DNA of 64,000 nucleotides from an uncultured Chloroflexia bacterium (GTDB lineage Bacteria; Chloroflexota; Limnocylindria; Limnocylindrales; CSP1-4): NCBI GenBank assembly GCA_963821595.1, contig CAWGEL010000031.1, positions 38,656 to 102,655 of the forward strand, read 5' to 3'. Shown piece by piece: positions 57,652 to 64,000 of this stretch (position 1 is its first letter; each line of letters starts with the position of its first letter). The notes under the pieces were generated by a model. It saw only the letters and a program-made list of their open reading frames with translations, ran no database searches and was not told where the DNA came from. The position numbers and the translations under genes were made by a program.

Positions 57652-59315
57652 GCCGGCGCTCCGGGAATGACGGCCGCCCCCGAGACCGCCGCCCGGCCCG
57701 CGAGCACGCGAATCGACCGCCGCAGCCACGTCCTCGTCGCGCACGTCGGAGCGCACCGTCCAGCCGGACGCCGACGGCAGCACCCAGCGCAGCCGGCCGC
57801 CGCGGTGCTTCTTGTCGGTCGAGATCGCGGCCAGCACGTCGGCGGGCGGATAGGGGAGCGGGTCGCGGGCGAGGTCGAGCCGGTCGAGGAGCGCCTCGAT
57901 GCGGGCCGCCCGCTCCGGCGGCGTCACGCCCGCCGCGGCGCCGATCCGACAGGCCGCGCGCAGGCCGTACGCGACGGCCTCGCCATGGAGGATTCCTTCG
58001 AACGCGGCGACCGTTTCGATCGCGTGAGCGGTCGAATGGCCCAGGTTCAGGCTGATGCGGTCGCCGTGCTCACGCGGATCGGCCGTGACCACCTCCACCT
58101 TCGCCCAGGCGCACCGCTCCACGACCTCCGCCATCCCGCCGGACTCGAAGCCGGCCTCATCGCCCGCCGCCAGCGCCGGGCCGTCCGCCTCGAGGACCGC
58201 GAGAAGTCGCTCGTCGCCGAGCGCGGCCATCTTGACCGCCTCGCCCAGGGCAGCCCGAAGGTGACGCGGCGGGAGCGTTCGGAGGCCCGAGACGTCGGCG
58301 ATCACCGCGGCCGGCTGGTGGAAGGCGCCGACGAGATTCTTGCCATCCGGCAGGTCGACGGCCGTCTTGCCGCCGATCGAGCTGTCGATCTGGGCGACGA
58401 GGGTCGTCGGGACGTGGATGAGCGGCACGCCGCGAAGCCACGTGGCGGCCAGGAACCCGGCCGTGTCGCCGAGCGCCCCGCCGCCGATCGCGACGATGGG
58501 GTCCGTCCGCTCCGCGCGCAGGCGGGCGAGGTCGCGGGCGGCTGCTTCGATGACGGTCAGCCGCTTCGCCGCCTCGCCGGACGGCAGCAGGATGCGCTCG
58601 ACGGGAAGGCCGCCGTCGGACAGCGCGGCGCCGATCGCGGCGCCGATCGCGGCCCAGGCATTCGGCTCCGAGACCAGGATCGCGCGCCGGGCCCCGAGCC
58701 GCGCCAGGGCCGAGCGCACGCCGTCCGCCGCGTTGCCCTCGCCGAGCTCAAGGTGCCCGATCGCGGTCTCCGCGCGGAGCAGGACCGTCGTCGCCGGCAC
58801 CGGCCGCTCGAACCACGGCTCCAGCGCGTCGACGATCGCGCCGACGCCGCCGACGGCCTCCACGCGGAGCGCCGGTGCGTAGAAGCGGGCGCGGGTCGCG
58901 GCCAGGCCGCGCATCGCGGCGATCGGGTCGCGGCCGGCGAGCAGCGGCCGTGGAATCGGGCGAGTGGCGGAGACGCTGGGCGAGCACTGCGGGAGGGCCA
59001 TCGAGCCAGGCGGCCAGGCGGCCGCGATAGAGGACCCAGCGGTTGCGCGGGTCGACCGGGGCGCCCCCGCCGGTGGCGATGACCCGGCGCAGGCCGAGCG
59101 ACGGGTCGGCCGCGCCGAGGCCGGCGATCGCCGCGCGCTCACGGGACCGGAAGCCGGCCTCGCCCTCCTCCTCGAAGATGGCCGCGATCGGCCCGGCCGG
59201 CGTCAGCCTCGATCCGTTCGTCGAGGTCGACGAACGCGGCTTCGTGGCGACGCGCCAGCCGCCGCCCGACGGCGGTCTTGCCGCTGCCCGGGAGCCCGAC
59301 CAGGACGAGGTCCAT
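57648..59315 (-). CDS. aroB: shikimate kinase fused to 3-dehydroquinate synthase; about three frame jumps (about 59189, 58954, 57717)
   Basis: The AroK part reads MDLVLVGLPGSGKTAVGRRLA...FVDLDERIE / IAAIFEEEGEAGFRSRER...ATGGGAP / RPLLAGRDP...RARFYAP. The same GC3-rich frame then runs into AroB (VAIGGGALGDTAGFLAATWLRGVPLIHVPTTLVAQIDSSIGGKTAVD...NLGHSTAHAIE). A GGAGGG RBS precedes ATG 59315. Confidence 0.8.
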
Positions 59316-59333
59316 GGCGATCCCTCCGGCCGC

Positions 59334-60683
59334 TCAGTCGTCGCCGCCGGAGCCGGCCTCGCCCGAGACCGCGTCGACGTCGCCGGTCCGCGCCGCCGTC
59401 GGCGCCCGTCCGGCCGGAGGTTCCCGCCGTGCCTGTTGCGTCGCCGCCACTCTTCTCGGCGGCGTCGACCTTCGTCAGCGCTCGTCCGATCCGCTCGCCA
59501 TGGCGCGCGAGTCGCTCGCGGACTTCGTCGAGCGAATCGCCACCGAGCTTCTCGAGGACGAACCGGGTCAGGGTGAGGATGACCATGGCCTCGCCGATGA
59601 CGCCGGCCGCGGGTACCACGGAGATGTCCGAGCGCTCGTAGTGCGCCTTCTCCACCGGCAGGCCGGTCAGCAGGTCGGCCGAGGGCAGCGGCCGCGCCAG
59701 CGTCGAGATGGGCTTGACGGCGCCGCGCACGACGATCGGCTCGCCGTTGGAGATGCCGCCCGTCACGCCACCGGCGTTGTTCGACCGGTGGATCCAGGAA
59801 CCGTCCGCGCGCCGGCCACCGATCACGTCGTGGACCGTCGAGCCAATCGCCGCGTCTGTTCGAAGCCGAGGCCGAGCTCCACGCCCTTCACGCTCTGGAT
59901 GCTCATGATGGCCTGCGCGAGCGCTCCGTCCAGGCGTCGATCCCAGTGGACGTGGCTTCCCAGCCCGATCGGGACGCCTGTGGCCACGACCTCGAAGACG
60001 CCGCCGACGGTGTCGCCGTTGGAGCGCGCCTCGTCGATCCGGGCGACCATCCGGGCCTCGGCGAAGGGGTCGGGGCAGCGCAGCGGGGAGGCTTCGGCCT
60101 CCTCCCGCGTTCGCGTGCAGGCGGCGGGGTCGACGGCCACGCCACCGACCTCGGCTGTGAACGACCAGACGTCGATGCCGAGCTCGGCCAGGAACACACG
60201 GCAGACGGCAGCGCCCGCGACGCGCGCGGTCGTCTCGCGCGCCGAGGCCCGCTCGAGGATCGGACGGACGTCCGTGAAGCCGTACTTGAGGGCGCCGGCG
60301 AGATCCGCGTGGCCCGGCCGGACGCGGGTCACCGGCCGAGCCCGGCCGATCCCTTCGTCGGCCATCGCCCTGAGCGCGGCGTCGTCGTCCTCGGTCAGGG
60401 GCTCGACCTGCATGATCCGTGACCAGTTCTCCCAGTCGCGGTTGCGAACCAGGAGGAGGACGGGCGAGCCGATCGTGAGGCCGTGCCGGACACCGGCCAG
60501 GATTTCCGCGCGGTCCTTCTCGATCGCCTGGCGGGCGCCGCGGCCGTAGCCTCCCTGGCGACGCCGCAGGTCGCGGGCGATGGCATCCGCGGTGACGGGG
60601 ATGCCCGCGGGCAGCCCCTCGAGCGTGACCCCGAGCGCCTGCCCGTGGGACTCGCCGGCCGTGAGGAACCGGAATCGCGTCAT
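59334..60683 (-). CDS. aroC: chorismate synthase; two frame jumps (about 59852 and about 59390)
   Basis: MTRFRFLTAGESHGQALGVTLEGLPAG, RRQGGYGRG, RPGHADL, ERASARETTARV and SIQSVKGVELGLGF are followed by GSTVHDVI...NNAGGVTGGISNGEPIV...KPISTL...ERSDISVVPAAGVIGEAM. The GC3-rich tail ends ...GEAGSGGDD at TGA 59336..59334. Confidence 0.85.
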
Positions 60684-60704
60684 CGGGCCGGGCCTGGCTG
60701 CCGG

Positions 60705-61749
60705 TCAGCCGCCGGCGCCGGAGCCGCCCACGGCGCCCGCGTCGTCACCGCTCGTCGGGGCGTCGCGGCCCGTTGCGTCGCCGGCGTCCGTTGCCCCGCC
60801 GGCGTCCATCGCCCCGCCGGCGTCCGTCGCCCCGCCGGCGTCCGTCGCCCCGCCGGTCGCCGCGGTCGTGTCCGCGCCATTCCCGCCCGTCTCGCCGTCG
60901 CCCGAGGCGTCCGCCAGGGCGGCCTCGAGGCGCTCGCGCATCAGGTCGACGGGCGCCGGCTGGCCGGTCCAGAGCGTGAAGGCGGCCGCCCCTTGGCCCA
61001 GCAGCATGAGCTCGCCGTTCAGTCCGGTGCATCCCGCCGCTGCCGCGTCGCGCAGGAGGCGCGTCTGGGCCGGGTTGTAGACGAGGTCGAGGACCAGGAG
61101 ATCGGGCGGCAGGTGCTCGCCCGGGATCGGCGTCTCATCGCTCATGAGGCCGACCGACGTCGCGTTGACCAGGAGGCGCGTCTTGCTCAGTTCCGCCTCG
61201 ATGATCGACTCGTGCCACGGCATCGCGCGCAAATCCATGTGGGCGGCGCCGCGATGGAAGAACTTGACCATGCCCTCGGCGCGGTGCAGGTGCCGGTTGA
61301 AGACGACGATCCGCTGGAACCCCTCCGCGATCAGGCCGTGGATGACCGCCCGGGCGCCGCCGCCGGCGCCGAGGACCACCGCCTGGCGGGGCATCTTCTG
61401 GCGCCCGACCAGCGTGTCGAGGGCGCCCCGGAAGCCGGCCACGTCCGTGTTGTGGCCGACGAGCTTGCGACCCTCCTTGGTGATCGTGTTGACAGCGCCG
61501 GTCGCATGGGCCTCCTCGGTGAGGCGGTCCACGAGCGCGACGACCTTCTCCTTGTGCGGGAATCGTGATGTTGGCGCCGAGGAAGTCGTCGCCGCGCAGC
61601 TCCGCCACCGCGTCGGCCAGCTCCGCCGGCGCCCGGTCCCAGAGCTCGTAGCTGGCCGGGACCTCGAGCTGGTCGAAGGCGGCCTGGTGCATCGTCGCGG
61701 AGAGCGAATGGGCCACCGGGTGGCCGATGAGGACGACCCGCTTCGTCAT
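60705..61749 (-). CDS. aroE: shikimate dehydrogenase with a Gly/Asp/Thr/Ala-repeat C-terminal tail; one extra base at 61557
   Basis: VVLIGHPVAHSLSATMHQAAF...FLGANITIP is followed in the +1 frame by HKEKVVALVDRLTEEAHATGAVNTITKEGRKLVGHNTDVAGF...VVLGAGGGARAV...LVNATSVGL. The tail reads GGATDAGGATDAGGAMDAGGATDAG. Confidence 0.85.
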
Positions 61750-63174
61750 GCACGCACCCTTTCCAGCTCGGCGAAGAAGCCCGGGTACGAGACGTCGGCC
61801 GCGCCCGGTTCGGCGACCAGCGTCTCTCCCCGTGCGATGAGGCCGGCCACGGCAAAGGTCATGGCCAGGCGATGGTCATCGTGGGACTCGACCGCGGCGC
61901 CGCGAAGCGCCCGGCCCCCCTCGATCTCGATTCGGTCGCCGTCGACGGACACCCGCGCTCCCAGCGCGGTAAGGCCGCTGACGATCCCGGCGACCCGGTC
62001 GGATTCCTTGTGACGAAGCTCGTCGACGCCCCGGATCACCGTCCGCCCCACCGCGACCGCGGCGGCGAGGCAGAGGATGGGAACCTCATCGATCGCTGCC
62101 GCGACCTCCGCCGGCCCGATGTCGATGCCCCGAAGCGTGCTGCTCCGCACGAGGAGGTCGGCGACCGGCTCGCCCCCGCCGTCGTCCGGATGACCCGTCG
62201 CGGGCAAGCTCATCGATCTCCGCGCCCATCCTGCGCAGCAGGTCGATGATCGCACGCCGAGTCGGGTTCGTCCCGGCCATTGCGACTCGCAGCTCCGCGT
62301 CCGGGTGGATCGCCGCCGCCACCAGCCAGAACGCCGCGCCGGACAGGTCTCCGGGCACGAGCTGGTCCACCGCCTGCGGGTTGGCCGGCCCGGCGACCTC
62401 GTGGATGGCCGCCCCGTCGGGCAGGATCGACGTGCGGACCGCGATTCCCCTGGCCCGCAGCATGCGCTCGGTGTGGTCGCGGGTGAGGATGGCCTCGCGG
62501 ACGGTCGTGGTGCCGTCCGCGGCGAGCCCGGCCAGGAGCACGCACGACTTGACCTGGGCGCTCGGGACGGGCGTCGCGTGGTCGAGGGCGCGGAGCGGCC
62601 GCCGGCCCGTGATCGCCAGCGGCGGCAGCGTGCCGTCGGCACGGCCCTCGACGATCGCGCCCATGGCGGCGAGCGGTCCGCCGACCCGGCCCATCGGCCG
62701 GCGCCGCAGCGACGCGTCGCCGTCGAGGATGACGAACATCGGCTGACCCGCCACGACGCCCGCGCCCAGGCGGAACGTCGTCCCGGAGTTCATGCAGTCA
62801 ATGGGCCCCGCCGGCTCTGCGAGCGCGCCGGCTCCCGGCGAGACCACGTGGTAGTCGACGGTCCGCACGTTGCCGCCGGTTCGTTCCACCGTCGCCCCCA
62901 GGGCCTGGGCCAGACCCGCCGTCGCCCGAACGTCCCGGCCGTCGCCGGCGCCGGTGATGCGCAATTCGCCGCCGGCCAGCAGGGCGAGGAGGAGGGCCCG
63001 GTGGCTGATCGACTTGTCGCCCGGCAGGCGCACCGTCCCCCGCAACCGCCCCGGCGGGCGAATCGCGACCGGGCCTGCGACGGCCTCGCCCGCCGTGGTG
63101 GGCGCCACGCGCGTGCCATCCGGCGCGCCGCGCGGGCTGGACGTCGTTCCCCGGGGCGAGGCAGGGGACGGCAT
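61746..63174 (-). CDS. aroA: 3-phosphoshikimate 1-carboxyvinyltransferase (EPSP synthase); one extra base at about 62208
   Basis: LPGDKSISHRALLLALLAGG, NSGTTFRL, GDASLRRRPM, SAQVKSCVLLAGL and RDHTERML are followed in the +1 frame by EPVADLLVRSSTLRG...DEVPILCLAAAVAVGRT...ELRHKESDRV...DHRLAM. The stop overlaps the aroE ATG. Confidence 0.85.
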
Positions 63175-63180
63175 GACCGG

Positions 63181-64000
63181 CTACCGGCTCGAGCCGGCGG
63201 TCGCGATCGCGGCGCCCCGGATCCCGTGCAGGGGACGGGCCTGCTCGTGAATCGGCCGCACCGCTGCGGCAAGCTCGGCGAACTGCTCGATCGTGACGGA
63301 CTGCTCGCCGTCGGAGAGGGCTTCGGCAGGGCGCGGGTGGACCTCGATCAGCAGGCCGTCGGTGCCGATCGCGGCCGCCGCCAGCGCCAGTGGTGCGACC
63401 AGCCACCGCTTGCCGGTCGCGTGCGATGGGTCGACCACGACCGGGAGGTGGGTCAGCTGGTGGAGCAGCGGGACGGCCGTGATGTCGAGCGTGTTGCGGG
63501 TCGCCGCCTCGAACGTCCGGATCCCTCGCTCGCACAGGATCACCTGCGGATTGCCGGACGACATGATGTACTCGGCGGCCATCAGCCATTCCTCGATCGT
63601 GCCGGCGAGGGCGCGCTTCAGGAGGACCGGGCGCCCGATCCGCCCCACCGCCATGAGCAGCGAGTAGTTCTGCATGTTGCGGGCGCCGATCTGGAGGATG
63701 TCGGCGTACTCCGCGACGTGCTCCACCTGGGCCGGTTCCATGACCTCGGTCACGACCGGCAGGCCGGTCCGCTCGCGCGCCTCCGCCAGGAAGCGCAGGC
63801 CCTGGAGGCCGAGCCCCTGGAACGCGTAGGGGCTGGTGCGCGGCTTGAACGCGCCGCCCCGCAGGATGTCGGCGCCGGCCGCCGCCACGCCGTCGGCAGT
63901 CTCGAACAGCTGGTCGCGCGACTCGACCGCGCAGGGCCCGGCCATGATCGTGAGCGAGCCGTCGCCGATCCGGACGTCGCCGACCTCGATGACGGTGTCG
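63181..64000 (-). CDS. aroF: 3-deoxy-7-phosphoheptulonate (DAHP) synthase, type I-beta; the N-terminus lies beyond the right window edge
   Basis: [14 protein letters not shown]...[20 protein letters not shown]...PVVTEVM...[11 protein letters not shown]...PVLLKR...[10 protein letters not shown]...VVVDPSH. The frame stays open past ATG 63945 to the window end (...[17 protein letters not shown]). Confidence 0.85.
   Translation of the reverse strand, partial: DTVIEVGDVRIGDGSLTIMAGPCAVESRDQLFETADGVAAAGADILRGGAFKPRTSPYAFQGLGLQGLRFLAEARERTGLPVVTEVMEPAQVEHVAEYADILQIGARNMQNYSLLMAVGRIGRPVLLKRALAGTIEEWLMAAEYIMSSGNPQVILCERGIRTFEAATRNTLDITAVPLLHQLTHLPVVVDPSHATGKRWLVAPLALAAAAIGTDGLLIEVHPRPAEALSDGEQSVTIEQFAELAAAVRPIHEQARPLHGIRGAAIATAGSSR

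Overview
Very GC-rich bacterial chromosomal segment. The gene content (class I LysRS, H+-pyrophosphatase, an F420-type LLM oxidoreductase, T-box control, many ATGA/GTGA stop-start overlaps) suggests Actinomycetota or Chloroflexota. Most of the window is core metabolism: a minus-strand coaX-coaBC-panB-panC operon, a BMP-type (nucleoside-like) ABC importer, ndk, lepB, hppA, uppP, argR, greA, lysS, serS and tRNA-Ser(UGA). It also holds a T-box-controlled trpE-G-D-CF-B-A operon and a long minus-strand shikimate operon (aroF-aroA-aroE-aroC-aroKB-aroQ-chorismate mutase-gluQRS). No transposase, integrase, CRISPR array or rRNA is visible. Two things stand out. (1) At about 30 positions the only protein-like, GC3-rich frame jumps by one base inside conserved housekeeping genes. 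These jumps cluster in patches, with long clean stretches between them. Sequence or assembly indels are more likely than true pseudogenes, so I give full-length spans and flag each interruption. (2) On the minus strand at 38183-41946 there is a roughly 1,250-codon modular ORF that I cannot assign to any described family. It has an N-terminal LQRxAGNxA-type motif, about 290 aa of Gly/Ala-rich sequence, about 35 consecutive 11-residue repeats, duplicated Gly-rich modules and an OmpA-C-like segment. It lies just upstream of a small beta-sandwich-like protein and a MacB/HlyD-type exporter, and is divergent from a secreted glucosaminidase. Several intergenic tandem and inverted repeats are also present. 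Many long ORFs in the supplied track are high-GC alternative-frame artefacts.
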